A stretch of 30,598 bases of DNA from a virus (Duplodnaviria; Caudoviricetes), in IMG/VR virus record IMGVR_UViG_3300036987_000328, positions 1 to 30,598 of that record; one strand, 5' to 3'. Of this stretch, positions 16,224 to 25,289 are shown one piece after another (within the stretch, counting starts at the first letter, position 1; each line of letters opens with the position of its first letter). The position numbers were made by a program, and so were the translations under genes. The notes beneath the pieces were generated by a model. That model had not been told where the DNA came from and did no database searches. It was given only the letters and a program-made list of their open reading frames with translations.

Positions 16224-16630
16224 AAATTGACCTTGGTTTTAAATTGCACAACTACCACTGCGCTGGTGGATGAAGAATCTATTACCTCTATCGGTTCACT
16301 TGATAACTCAATGGCGCAAGTTGAAATTGTTTTATCAGCCAATGCGCTTACCACATTCGTTGCAACATCAAGTGCTGCATCGATAGCAGAGACGCTTTTA
16401 TGTTGAGCCGACGCTAAACAAAAAACAGAAATATTGATCGGAAGGGATATGCCGGCGCCTCCGCTCGCGACTACTGCCGATTCAAATTCTAACCAAACGA
16501 GACAGCCGGGAGTTTTTGTGGTTGTAGCTTTGCCAACCTCTGCGCGCTCGGCAGTAAGTATACCTATTGTCGTTTTGTTGTCCTCAAGATATTTTCTGAT
16601 TGCTTCCCATAATGTACTGACTGAATTCAT
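16220..16630 (-). CDS. Probable neck / tail-terminator protein (Mu gp37-like)
   Basis: Size, TPGCLVWLEF motif, position after the gp36-like gene. Confidence 0.5.
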   Translation of the reverse strand: MNSVSTLWEAIRKYLEDNKTTIGILTAERAEVGKATTTKTPGCLVWLEFESAVVASGGAGISLPINISVFCLASAQHKSVSAIDAALDVATNVVSALADKTISTCAIELSSEPIEVIDSSSTSAVVVVQFKTKVNL

Positions 16631-17017
16631 TTACCATTCCTCCACTCTTCTAGGCATAGCAGAAAATGCGGGTGTCGTTGGCTCGGCGGGTTCTTCTGTA
16701 ACGAGATCGCCGTTTTTAAATTTTTCGAGTGTCATTATAGCATCGTCGTATTGTGTTTTACGCCTGTCGAGTTCTTCTTCCGCTACAGACGCTTGTCTGC
16801 CTGATAAAATCCAAATCACTATGCTTGTAGCGACATTAACTAATATTTTTTTTGCATCCTCGGCACTAACCGGCGGCGCAATGCCGGTGTAGGTAGTAAC
16901 AATATCGTCAGCTTGTGCAATTGCTTCCGTTAGTTTTTCACCATCTTCTCCTTTGAGTATAGTGAGCTGCGCTTCATCTAAAGCGGCTGTAATTAATTGT
17001 TCACTCGTAAACGGCAT
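16631..17017 (-). CDS. Head-tail connector (Mu gp36 / DUF1320-like)
   Basis: EAIAQADDIVTTY...RKTQYDDAIMTLEKFKNGDL. Confidence 0.75.
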   Translation of the reverse strand: MPFTSEQLITAALDEAQLTILKGEDGEKLTEAIAQADDIVTTYTGIAPPVSAEDAKKILVNVATSIVIWILSGRQASVAEEELDRRKTQYDDAIMTLEKFKNGDLVTEEPAEPTTPAFSAMPRRVEEW

Positions 17018-17093
17018 ATGATCCTTTTAATAGTTATGGGTAAGATAGAAGTTATCCCTTTAAAATCTACTCATAAGTATATGTATCTATGGC

Positions 17094-17123
17094 TTGCAGA
17101 TATTTTGACAATAATTATATTTG
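17094..17123 (+). promoter_or_regulatory. Candidate rightward late promoter in the divergent intergenic region 17018-17145
   Basis: TTG-19-TATATTTG, matching the Bacteroidota-type TAnnTTTG element. Confidence 0.45.
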
Positions 17124-17145
17124 AATCAAAAGTTAGAATAGGATT

Positions 17146-17697
17146 ATGAAAGAAAAGCTAATTGCGATTTTAAAATCACTCGGTTTATACACCGACGACA
17201 AGAAGGTTGAAATAGATAAAGCCTTAGAGGCAATCGAGGAACCGAAGCCGGCTCCGAAAATAGCATCCACACCGACTGATGAGTCGATAGAGTTAAAAAC
17301 TATGGTCGATTCCTTGAAAGAGCAAAACAAACAGCTCTTTACCGCGATAGCTGAGGAGAAAAAGGCGCGTGAGGCATCGCAGAAAGCAGTTGCCGACCAA
17401 ATGAAAGCCGATAAAGATAAGAAAATAACAGACGCTTTAGTAAAAGCGGAAGCGGATGGAAAGATAAGCAAAGCCCAAACCGACGGTTGGAAAAAAATAT
17501 TGGAATTAGATTATGAAACAGGATCCGCGCAGCTTACCGCTTTGCCCGTTAACCCTGCTTTCAAAAAAGCAGATGATAAAAAAGCAGACGATAAAAAAGG
17601 AGATCCGCCGTCAAATAAAAACTTAGGCTTAGCCAGTTCGGCTGAACCGAAAATTCTTGATAGTATAATGAAAATGGCGAATATAACAGATAACTAA
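17146..17697 (+). CDS. Capsid scaffolding protein
   Basis: Charged coiled coil, ALVKAEADGKISKAQ motif, KKADD repeats; directly upstream of the capsid gene. Confidence 0.7.
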   Translation: MKEKLIAILKSLGLYTDDKKVEIDKALEAIEEPKPAPKIASTPTDESIELKTMVDSLKEQNKQLFTAIAEEKKAREASQKAVADQMKADKDKKITDALVKAEADGKISKAQTDGWKKILELDYETGSAQLTALPVNPAFKKADDKKADDKKGDPPSNKNLGLASSAEPKILDSIMKMANITDN

Positions 17698-17732
17698 TTA
17701 ATCCGCCTCAGGCGGGAAGGAGAAAAACAATA

Positions 17733-18686
17733 ATGTTACTACCACAAATTTCAAACTTATCGGGCAGAGGAGCACAACTGCTCGCAGTTATAATGCAAAA
17801 CGTACCGGTATCGCAGTACTTACATTTTAAACAGGATCCATCTACACATTTTGTCGGTGCGGATAAGAGTACATTCAGTGGCAGCGCTGCGCGCGCAGTG
17901 AATGCGGCTATTCAGCGGGATGCTCAAGCTCCAACCCTCACAGCGCGGTCACTCGCTCTGTATGGAAGAGAGATCTCCGTTGACGATGTTTATAAGTTGG
18001 ACGCTAATGTAGGTCTTTCCCCTGAAGGATTAAAGATGTTAGCCGACCGCCAGCTTAAATCGCTCGCCGCCAAACTTGGGGTCGAAATCGAGACCGAATT
18101 ATTTACCGGCACCGACGCATCCAGCCGGATGTTAGGCATAGCCATCTTCGTAAAAGATGCTGCCTCCGGCGGACAAACGGCAGCATTAGGTTTTACTACT
18201 GCCGAACTCGCGGCTATGAACACGCAAGTGTCACTGCAAATAAACACTTCCGCTAACCAGGATGCTTTCATAGAGTTGCTCGAAAAAGAAATAGCCAAAG
18301 TGCCGGGTGCGAACCTCATAGTTTGCAACCCGAACCTTAAAGCTCGCCTCTCCACAGTGGCACGTCGATTAGGAGCTGCCGGCGAAACGATCAATTCATT
18401 TGGACAGCAAGTCCAGACTTTTAACGGCATACCGATTGTGCCGGTAAATTTAACATCTATTACGCAGACCGAATCGGACGGAACGAATTCCGATTGCACG
18501 TCGCTCTACGTCATACGTTCTGCCGAAGACCTCGGCGTAGCTTTCAGTACGAACTCTGGTTTCTACTTCACGGATTTCGACCTGAGCGAAGTTAAACCGA
18601 ACGGAATTGCGCGCTTGCAATTTTTCCTCAATCTCACGGTCGAACGTACCGATGCGATGCGCAGGCTTTCAAGAATACGTTTATAA
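17733..18686 (+). CDS. Major capsid protein (HK97 fold)
   Basis: 317 aa; NSFGQQVQTFNGIPIV...CTSLYVIR motifs; AAGGAG RBS. Confidence 0.85.
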   Translation: MLLPQISNLSGRGAQLLAVIMQNVPVSQYLHFKQDPSTHFVGADKSTFSGSAARAVNAAIQRDAQAPTLTARSLALYGREISVDDVYKLDANVGLSPEGLKMLADRQLKSLAAKLGVEIETELFTGTDASSRMLGIAIFVKDAASGGQTAALGFTTAELAAMNTQVSLQINTSANQDAFIELLEKEIAKVPGANLIVCNPNLKARLSTVARRLGAAGETINSFGQQVQTFNGIPIVPVNLTSITQTESDGTNSDCTSLYVIRSAEDLGVAFSTNSGFYFTDFDLSEVKPNGIARLQFFLNLTVERTDAMRRLSRIRL

Positions 18687-18710
18687 TTAATTCATAATTA
18701 ATTCATGAGC

Positions 18711-18741
18711 GGGTCCCGGTAGTAATATCGGGGCCTACTTT
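18711..18741 (+). terminator. Hairpin after the capsid gene (weak terminator or stabiliser)
   Basis: GGGTCCCGGTA-GTAA-TATCGGGGCCT with G-U pairs and a short U tract. Confidence 0.5.
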
Positions 18742-18770
18742 AAAAAAAACAAAACTGAATCCCACAGGAA

Positions 18771-18986
18771 ATGAACGCTGAAATGATATTGTCACAATTG
18801 CAAACAGACGTAGCTGTGATAAAAGAACGTCTCGAAACGTTTATTAAAATACACGATAGTTCGGTAATTCAAAACGCAAAAAAAATCGAGGACCATGAGC
18901 GCCGCTTACGCTTCCTTGAAAGATATGCCGCTATACTGATTGGCGCCATTGTAGTAATTAACTTAGTCGTTTCATTTATAAAATAA
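18771..18986 (+). CDS. Holin-like / XhlA-like protein (coiled coil plus C-terminal TM)
   Basis: IEDHERRLRFLE followed by a TM helix; lysis cassette. Confidence 0.65.
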   Translation: MNAEMILSQLQTDVAVIKERLETFIKIHDSSVIQNAKKIEDHERRLRFLERYAAILIGAIVVINLVVSFIK

Positions 18987-18997
18987 GGATTATTCAA

Positions 18998-19378
18998 ATG
19001 TTAAAAAAAATCATGCAAATATTCTTACTAACATTATTGATGTTGGTAATCGTCAACACGGCATTGTCACAGGAGCCGGTAGTCCAGTCGTTTCCGTCTG
19101 CTATCCTGTTGATACCTTTAGCGCTTGGTATGTTCGCGCATTGGCTTAAAGGCTTTACACGCGGAACAATTCCTGCAAGCTGGGGCGGTTGGTTAATAGA
19201 TAATATCGGCTTTACTATCGCCGCATTGGTTGCCGGCGTTGGGCAGCTTGTTGGTTTTTACCAGCTCAGTCCGGAAATACTTAATTCCGGTGGTGTTGGC
19301 GCTTGGTGGATAGTATTTATGATGGGCTATGCTTCAGATTCCGTGATGAACACTAACGGAAAGTTTGTTAAAAGTTGA
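18998..19378 (+). CDS. Holin-like membrane protein with a signal-peptide-like N-terminus
   Basis: Three TM segments after ...NTALS|Q; adjacent to the lysozyme. Confidence 0.6.
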   Translation: MLKKIMQIFLLTLLMLVIVNTALSQEPVVQSFPSAILLIPLALGMFAHWLKGFTRGTIPASWGGWLIDNIGFTIAALVAGVGQLVGFYQLSPEILNSGGVGAWWIVFMMGYASDSVMNTNGKFVKS

Positions 19379-19803
19379 AAACTTCTCCTGCCGGCATATC
19401 GCTAATTAAAAAGTTTGAGGGATTGTCATTAGTCCCTTACTTTTGTCCGGGTAGAGTACTAACTATCGGTTACGGACACACCGTAACCGCAAAACCTGGG
19501 ATGAAGATTACAGCGAAACAGGCTGAAGAGTTGTTAAAAGACGATTTAAAGTTTTTCGAGAAAGCAGTGAATGATTTAGTGAAATCACCTCTTACTCAAA
19601 ATCAATTCGACGCCATAATATGCTTTTGTTATAACGTAGGCGTCGGCAATTTTAAAAAATCCACGATGTTAAGGATGTTGAATCAGAAAAAATATTACGA
19701 TGCCGCCGATCAATTCTTAGTATGGAATAAGATAAAAGATAAAGAATCGCTCGGTTTAACTAACCGTCGTGCGGCTGAAAGAAACCTGTTTTTAGGATTA
19801 TAA
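19375..19803 (+). CDS. Endolysin, GH24 lysozyme
   Basis: LIKKFEG...TIGYGHT...LTQNQFDA...YNVG...GLTNRRAAE. Confidence 0.93.
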   Translation: MKTSPAGISLIKKFEGLSLVPYFCPGRVLTIGYGHTVTAKPGMKITAKQAEELLKDDLKFFEKAVNDLVKSPLTQNQFDAIICFCYNVGVGNFKKSTMLRMLNQKKYYDAADQFLVWNKIKDKESLGLTNRRAAERNLFLGL

Positions 19804-19818
19804 AGGAGAAAATTTTAT

Positions 19819-20280
19819 ATGGCACTAGACAAAACAAAAATATTCGGCGCGGCCGCGGATTTATTCATAGCTGTTCGTACAGAACCTGATACCCCTGTAG
19901 CCCACGCTACTTTCCCGGGCACTGCCTGGAAAGATTGTGGTTACCTCAAAGCGAAAACTGCAAAGATCGATTCCGAGAACCATGAGATCGATTTACACAC
20001 CGGAGAGAAACACCAGTTAGGTGTAACGTTAAAATTCGAAGCAGAAGGGCTTGAATGTGATTCGACCAAGTTTACACAGCTCGAGAGTTTTCTTAACGCT
20101 CGCTGCGATGTGATCTTAAAAGCCCGGGGATCTGCCAGGCACTGGAAACTTCTCGGTATGAATATCTCCCATGGATTCAAGGGAGTGTTCGCCGCCGATG
20201 ATGTCCTGAGTATTCCGATAAAAGGTCAGGTTATGGGTTCTAAAGTCGGGGACTGTTTCGATGAAATAACAATCACTTAA
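19819..20280 (+). CDS. Probable major tail tube protein, copy 1
   Basis: 153 aa, beta-rich, strong RBS, upstream of chaperone and tape measure. Confidence 0.7.
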   Translation: MALDKTKIFGAAADLFIAVRTEPDTPVAHATFPGTAWKDCGYLKAKTAKIDSENHEIDLHTGEKHQLGVTLKFEAEGLECDSTKFTQLESFLNARCDVILKARGSARHWKLLGMNISHGFKGVFAADDVLSIPIKGQVMGSKVGDCFDEITIT

Positions 20281-20294
20281 TAAAGGATACGCTT

Positions 20295-20756
20295 GTGGCT
20301 TTAGATAAAACAAAAATATTCGGCGCGGCTGCCGACCTTTATATAGCTATTCGAGAGTCTGCGGACACGCCGGTTTCTCATGTATCGTTTCCCGGCGACG
20401 ATTGGTATCATTGTGGTTACATCAAAGCGAAAACTGCGAAGCTCGATTCCGAGAACCATGAGATAGATTTACACACCGGCGAGAAACATCAATTAGGCGT
20501 AACGTTAAAATTTGAAGCAGAGGGTCTGCAATGCGATGTAGGAAATATTCAATTTCTTGAAAACTGTCTAAACAGTCGCTGCGATGTAATCCTAAAAGCC
20601 CGGGGATCCTCCCGGCATTGGAAACTACTCGGTATGAATATCTCTCACGGATTCAAAGGTGTGTTTGCTGCCGACGATGTCCTTAGTATTCCGATAAAAG
20701 GTCAGGTTATGGGTCCTAAGGTTGGCGACTGTTTCGATGAAATTACTATCACTTAA
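20295..20756 (+). CDS. Probable major tail tube protein, copy 2 (GTG start)
   Basis: 127/153 residues identical to copy 1 by manual count. Confidence 0.7.
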   Translation: MALDKTKIFGAAADLYIAIRESADTPVSHVSFPGDDWYHCGYIKAKTAKLDSENHEIDLHTGEKHQLGVTLKFEAEGLQCDVGNIQFLENCLNSRCDVILKARGSSRHWKLLGMNISHGFKGVFAADDVLSIPIKGQVMGPKVGDCFDEITIT

Positions 20757-20759
20757 TCA

Positions 20760-21056
20760 ATGAGCGACCAGAAAAAATATAACATTGGCGATAAGGAGGT
20801 GCAGCTTGCACCTCCTACACCAAGACGCCTCTCTTCTTTCCTGAAAACTGCCGGCATAGACGACCCTAATACCATCGCGGACAAAGAACAACATGCGGCA
20901 ATCGGGATGAAGTTGTTTCAGGTCCAAATTGAGCCAGATAAATTAAAAGCGATGATGAATGTGTGTATTCAAGACGATGCTAATGTTGATTGGTACGATG
21001 TGGACTCCCGGGCAATCATGGAAATAATCTCGGATTTTTTTTCTCAATTCAGTTAG
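20760..21056 (+). CDS. Tail assembly chaperone (lambda G analogue)
   Basis: Lies between tube and tape measure; ends just after a T8 slippery run. Confidence 0.75.
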   Translation: MSDQKKYNIGDKEVQLAPPTPRRLSSFLKTAGIDDPNTIADKEQHAAIGMKLFQVQIEPDKLKAMMNVCIQDDANVDWYDVDSRAIMEIISDFFSQFS

Positions 21057-21262
21057 AGTTTAAGAAAACTGATGAATATTTTTCAGACTTCGGATCAGCA
21101 AAATCGCACGATGGAGAATATGAGTCGGGCTGGGTTGAAAAGTTCGTTTTCGCGTCTTCAGGTAGAATCGCTACCGAGTTTTTAAAATTATTCAATGAAG
21201 TGCGTTGGAGCGATGTTGTTCTGATTGCTCTTCTGAGAAGTGAGTCGGGAAAACAAGATTAA
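21035..21262 (+). CDS. -1 frameshift extension of the chaperone (GT analogue)
   Basis: GAT TTT TTT TCT at 21033-21044; the -1 frame is open to 21262. Confidence 0.75.
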   Translation, partial: FFFSIQLEFKKTDEYFSDFGSAKSHDGEYESGWVEKFVFASSGRIATEFLKLFNEVRWSDVVLIALLRSESGKQD

Positions 21263-21431
21263 CGAATGAAATCCAAAGTATGAATGGTAATAAGCAGATA
21301 CCTAACCCAAAATATACTACGATAATCGAATACAACAATTCCGGTGTAGGGGTATAAATGAAAATCAAAACAGCGATGATAAGGTATCCCGCTGTGTATA
21401 TTAAATAATATTTCCTTAATTCTTTAATCAT
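21192..21431 (-). CDS. Antisense small two-TM membrane protein, 79 aa
   Basis: MIKELRKYYLIYTAGYLIIAVLIFIY...; fills the chaperone-tape measure gap; has its own promoter. Confidence 0.6.
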   Translation of the reverse strand: MIKELRKYYLIYTAGYLIIAVLIFIYTPTPELLYSIIVVYFGLGICLLPFILWISFVNLVFPTHFSEEQSEQHRSNALH

Positions 21432-24075
21432 GGCAGATATAACTCTTAAACTAATTATAGACCCTTCCGGTGCTGTAAAAGCTATCCAGCAAGTGGAAGG
21501 CTCTGTTAATAATTTAGGCAAAGAATTATCAAATGTCAAACAGCCCGCTAATGCGCTCACTGGTGTTCTTGCTAACGTTGCTGGGCGTGCCGCCGGTTTA
21601 TTTTCCATTTTTAGCGCAGTCAAATCTACCTTCGGTGATTACGTTTCAGCGTTTAACCAATCCGAAAAAGCCGCCGCATCGCTCACTCAAGCATTAAAGC
21701 AGCAAGGACAATTTACTCAATCCACTTTGGAGGACATGAAGGCTTATGCTACACAATTGCAAGAGCTGACAGGATTCGAAGATGATGCAACAGTCCAAAC
21801 TATGGCGCAACTCACGGCTATGGGTTTACAAGGCGACCAATTAAAACAAGCCACATTACTTTCTCAGGATTTAGCAACTGTAATGGGTACAGATATGAAA
21901 TCCGCAGCCCGCGTCATGGCTGATGCTTTTAGCGGTAACGCCTCGATGCTCGGAAGGTATATAAAAGGTTTGAACGAAGCCGACATTAAACAGCGCGGCG
22001 CTGTTTCAATTATCGAACAGCTTACAAGAGCGGTCGGCGGACAAGCTGAAGCTGTTGGCAATACTGGATATGGTTCAATCAAAAAATTTGAAGCTGCTTG
22101 GGGCGACTTAAAAGAAAAATGGGGCGAGTTGATAAGCAATGTTTTGGCTCCTCTATTACAAAGTTTGTCGTGGATAATAAAAGGAATAATAGACGCTCCT
22201 CCCTATGTGCACGCGCTTACTCTTGGATTCGTAGCTCTGGCTGGGGCTTTAGCGCTTGTCAATACCTCGATGGGTGGACTGCCATTGATATTAGGGGCAA
22301 TAGTTACCGGCGGTGCAATATTAGGCGCATGGATCGGCACGATGAATAAAACGGCGGACTCTACGAGGTCTGCGTCGGACGAAATCAAAGTCCTCCAAGA
22401 TAGAATTAAAAACCTCAAAGTTGAAGCCGGGCAAACTAAAGAGATAGACGATCTGCAAAAAAAACTTGACTCGTTAGGGAAGCCGACTGAATTTACGCTT
22501 AAAGAAGAGATAATTAAATCAAAAAAAGAGGTAGAGGAATATACCTCAAAGCTCGAAGACGGGAAAATAGTGCTTAACCAGGTGCTTGAATTAGAAAAAC
22601 AAGGCAAAGACGTTAGGTCTGAAAATCCTGAACTTGCTGAAAAATATTTCCAAATATTCTCTGATGGCAATAAGGAGGCACTCCTGCAACTAACAGAGTA
22701 TGAAAATAAAGCGTCGGCAGCATCAAGCCTTCTTAAGGAGAATGAGCTTCAATTAAAAATATTCCAGAAGCAAAAATCTCTTGAGCGGGCTGAAGCGGAT
22801 AAGAAAAATATTGCAGACCAGAAAAAAGATTATGCTGATTTAATGGCATACAAAAAAAACGTAGCCAACGAATCTGAACTCCTCACCGCTCAATCGGCAG
22901 AAGAAGAAACACAAATCCGTAGGCGCCAACTTGAAAATCAAATTAATGATTTGCGGTTATTGGGTGCACTAACTATAGCTCAAGAAAAAGAATTGGCTGG
23001 CGCTGAACTCGAACTTAAAAAAGTGAATGCCGACGAAGAAAAACGCATAAAAGAAGAGATCCTCTACGTAAGTATGCGTCTCAAGAAATTGGAACTTAGG
23101 ACTATTGCCGACGCTAACGAGCGAGAGATTGCCGAGATAAATGAGAAATACCAAATAGAAATTGAAGCTGCCGGTCGAAACACTGAGCTGAGGAGTCTTT
23201 TAGAGAACGAACTCGATAGAGAGATAAGATCGATCCGTGAAAGACAACAGGATGAAGCGCTTGATGCGAATATATTTTACCAGACTTTAAACCAATCTTT
23301 ACAGGCTTCATTCCGAACCGGCTGGGCATCCATAATTGACGCCTCAATGAGCGGTGCTGAAAAATGGAAAGCGATATGGAACTCGATGAAACAAGCCGCA
23401 TGGAATGTTATAGGTAGCGTAGTACAAAAATTTATTGAAGGTAAAATTGCTGAATTATTTATAACAAAGACGGTTGAAACAGGGAAGACGGCTGCAACCA
23501 TCGAGGGTGAAGCCGCTCGTACCAGTGCAACACAAGCCGGCGTGTTGGCGCGTATTGCCTCTACAGGTTTAGAAATAATTTCATCTCTTGCTGGAGCTGC
23601 GGCATCTATAGTGGCAGCCATATCTAACGCGATTCGCTGGGTGTTTACGACTATACCTTTCCCATTATCACTTGGTATGGCCGGTGGCGCCGTGGCTGCA
23701 ATAGGCGGATTGTATTCAGGAATTAAATCAGCTTTCGGCTTTAAGGAAGGCGGAGTGTTCAAAAAAGGACAGCGCGGATTTATTGAAGGCACAAAAACAG
23801 AAATCATACAGCCGGAAGAAACCTTTATCTCTTATCTGAATAAAAAGATTATACCGACTATCGTAAACACAACCCGCATCATAACTATGCAGCAGCCTCA
23901 ATTAGCATACGCGGGCGGTGGCAGCGATGCGCTTCTTCGCGAAATGCAGGAACTCAAAACAGTTTTGAAGCGTAAAGATTTTAAAATTGGAATTAGCGGC
24001 ACACTTAACGGACAGCGGTTTGCTAGGGATGAAAATCCCAAAGCGGAACGGTTTAGGAAGTCTATAACGAAGTGA
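21430..24075 (+). CDS. Tail tape measure protein
   Basis: 881 aa; Ala/Gln-rich helices, coiled coil, hydrophobic segments, FKEGG near the C-terminus. Confidence 0.92.
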   Translation: MADITLKLIIDPSGAVKAIQQVEGSVNNLGKELSNVKQPANALTGVLANVAGRAAGLFSIFSAVKSTFGDYVSAFNQSEKAAASLTQALKQQGQFTQSTLEDMKAYATQLQELTGFEDDATVQTMAQLTAMGLQGDQLKQATLLSQDLATVMGTDMKSAARVMADAFSGNASMLGRYIKGLNEADIKQRGAVSIIEQLTRAVGGQAEAVGNTGYGSIKKFEAAWGDLKEKWGELISNVLAPLLQSLSWIIKGIIDAPPYVHALTLGFVALAGALALVNTSMGGLPLILGAIVTGGAILGAWIGTMNKTADSTRSASDEIKVLQDRIKNLKVEAGQTKEIDDLQKKLDSLGKPTEFTLKEEIIKSKKEVEEYTSKLEDGKIVLNQVLELEKQGKDVRSENPELAEKYFQIFSDGNKEALLQLTEYENKASAASSLLKENELQLKIFQKQKSLERAEADKKNIADQKKDYADLMAYKKNVANESELLTAQSAEEETQIRRRQLENQINDLRLLGALTIAQEKELAGAELELKKVNADEEKRIKEEILYVSMRLKKLELRTIADANEREIAEINEKYQIEIEAAGRNTELRSLLENELDREIRSIRERQQDEALDANIFYQTLNQSLQASFRTGWASIIDASMSGAEKWKAIWNSMKQAAWNVIGSVVQKFIEGKIAELFITKTVETGKTAATIEGEAARTSATQAGVLARIASTGLEIISSLAGAAASIVAAISNAIRWVFTTIPFPLSLGMAGGAVAAIGGLYSGIKSAFGFKEGGVFKKGQRGFIEGTKTEIIQPEETFISYLNKKIIPTIVNTTRIITMQQPQLAYAGGGSDALLREMQELKTVLKRKDFKIGISGTLNGQRFARDENPKAERFRKSITK
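21511..21539 (-). promoter_or_regulatory. Promoter TTGACA-17-TAAATT inside the tape measure gene
   Basis: Same hexamers as 2044-2072; 80 bp upstream of ATG 21431. Confidence 0.55.
23127..23148 (+). repeat. Internal copy of the left-end site GATTGCCGAGATAAATGAGAAA within the tape measure gene
   Basis: 22/22 identity to 933-954. Confidence 0.9.
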
Positions 24076-25289
24076 GAAAAGATATTTACATAGATGGTGT
24101 AAACTACAATGCCGAACCTCAACGCTGCTTACTTAAAAATGGCTTGGATCGTCTGACATTTCAAATGGAAGATGAAGACGGCAAGGGGACCATTTCCTCT
24201 GCTAAGTTAAGATTTACGAACATCGGGAATAAATTTGATGCAATGCTGAAGGGATATTCGAAACCAAAAGTCAATATTTCGCTTGGTGGATTCAATGTGT
24301 TTAGCGGAGTTGTCTCTGGAGACGGGATAAATTACGACTTCGATAATAAATTAATAGATACAGAAGTAGTAAGCGATGAAAAAACATTCATAGAAAACGC
24401 AAAGATTACTAAGCTCAATGATATTAATTTAACCGGCATCCCGGTGGAGATATACCGAATATCAAATCCGATAGCCGGACAAGCGGAAACGGCGTTAAGG
24501 ACTATGTTCCCGATCGATAGTTTGCTATCCCAGATATTTCATCACTTTGGGTATAATTTTAAAATTGCCACCCCAAACAGCTATGAATATATGTTAGGAG
24601 GTACAGCTGTGTCTAAGCCTTTCTTCCCTGATATTAATTGTTACGATATGATTGTCGACCTTGTAAAACTATATAATGCTATATGGTGGATAGAGAAGAA
24701 TGGCGATGTATACTTCGTGCCTAAAGTATGGTACCTCGAGGGAATGAAACAGTCGGTTTCACTTTCCGTGATGATGCTAAAAAACACACACAAGGTTACT
24801 GGTGTAAAAGTGGGAAAAGATATTATTAGTTTTAGTTATGCAAATATCGACTATAAACATCCAAATCTGTGGGATACAGACCTGCGCGCAACAATTAAAA
24901 GATATACACCCTTGGTAACCGAAGACGCAATTGTATCTTTAATCAAATTTCCAAATTTGAGATCGACTCTGATACGGAGCATAAGCGCTGTTATTTATGA
25001 TGACGATCCCGGGTGTTTTGTCGTCAAATACGATGGCAACCCACCATGGGGAATTGTTGTTGAACCGGCTATTAATATCCTCCAAAAATATTATAACATG
25101 GAGCTGCTTGGCACATCTGAAATTGAGGCTGAATATTCGCTAATGAATGATTACAGTGTTATCCCTGAATTAATTAAACCATATAGGAAGTTGTCTACGT
25201 CTGGAGATAATACTCATTTTATACGATCGGTAGAAATCGACGCTACTGATGATAAGGCAAAAATTAACGCGATCGGGTATCAGCTATGA
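24072..25289 (+). CDS. Tail tip / hub protein
   Basis: Follows tape measure; CYDMIVDLVKLYNAIWWIEKNGDVYF hub-like motif. Confidence 0.6.
   Translation: MRKDIYIDGVNYNAEPQRCLLKNGLDRLTFQMEDEDGKGTISSAKLRFTNIGNKFDAMLKGYSKPKVNISLGGFNVFSGVVSGDGINYDFDNKLIDTEVVSDEKTFIENAKITKLNDINLTGIPVEIYRISNPIAGQAETALRTMFPIDSLLSQIFHHFGYNFKIATPNSYEYMLGGTAVSKPFFPDINCYDMIVDLVKLYNAIWWIEKNGDVYFVPKVWYLEGMKQSVSLSVMMLKNTHKVTGVKVGKDIISFSYANIDYKHPNLWDTDLRATIKRYTPLVTEDAIVSLIKFPNLRSTLIRSISAVIYDDDPGCFVVKYDGNPPWGIVVEPAINILQKYYNMELLGTSEIEAEYSLMNDYSVIPELIKPYRKLSTSGDNTHFIRSVEIDATDDKAKINAIGYQL

Noticed and set aside
12405-17017. Actively invertible head block
   Set aside because: No recombinase gene and no inverted repeats seen at the block boundaries; treated as a fixed rearrangement.
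17703-17715. Small hairpin CCGCC-TCA-GGCGG before the capsid RBS
   Set aside because: Only a 5-bp stem with no U tract; no function can be supported.
19819-20756. Possible diversity-generating retroelement TR/VR pair
   Set aside because: Differences are not adenine-specific, both copies are full genes, and no reverse transcriptase is present.
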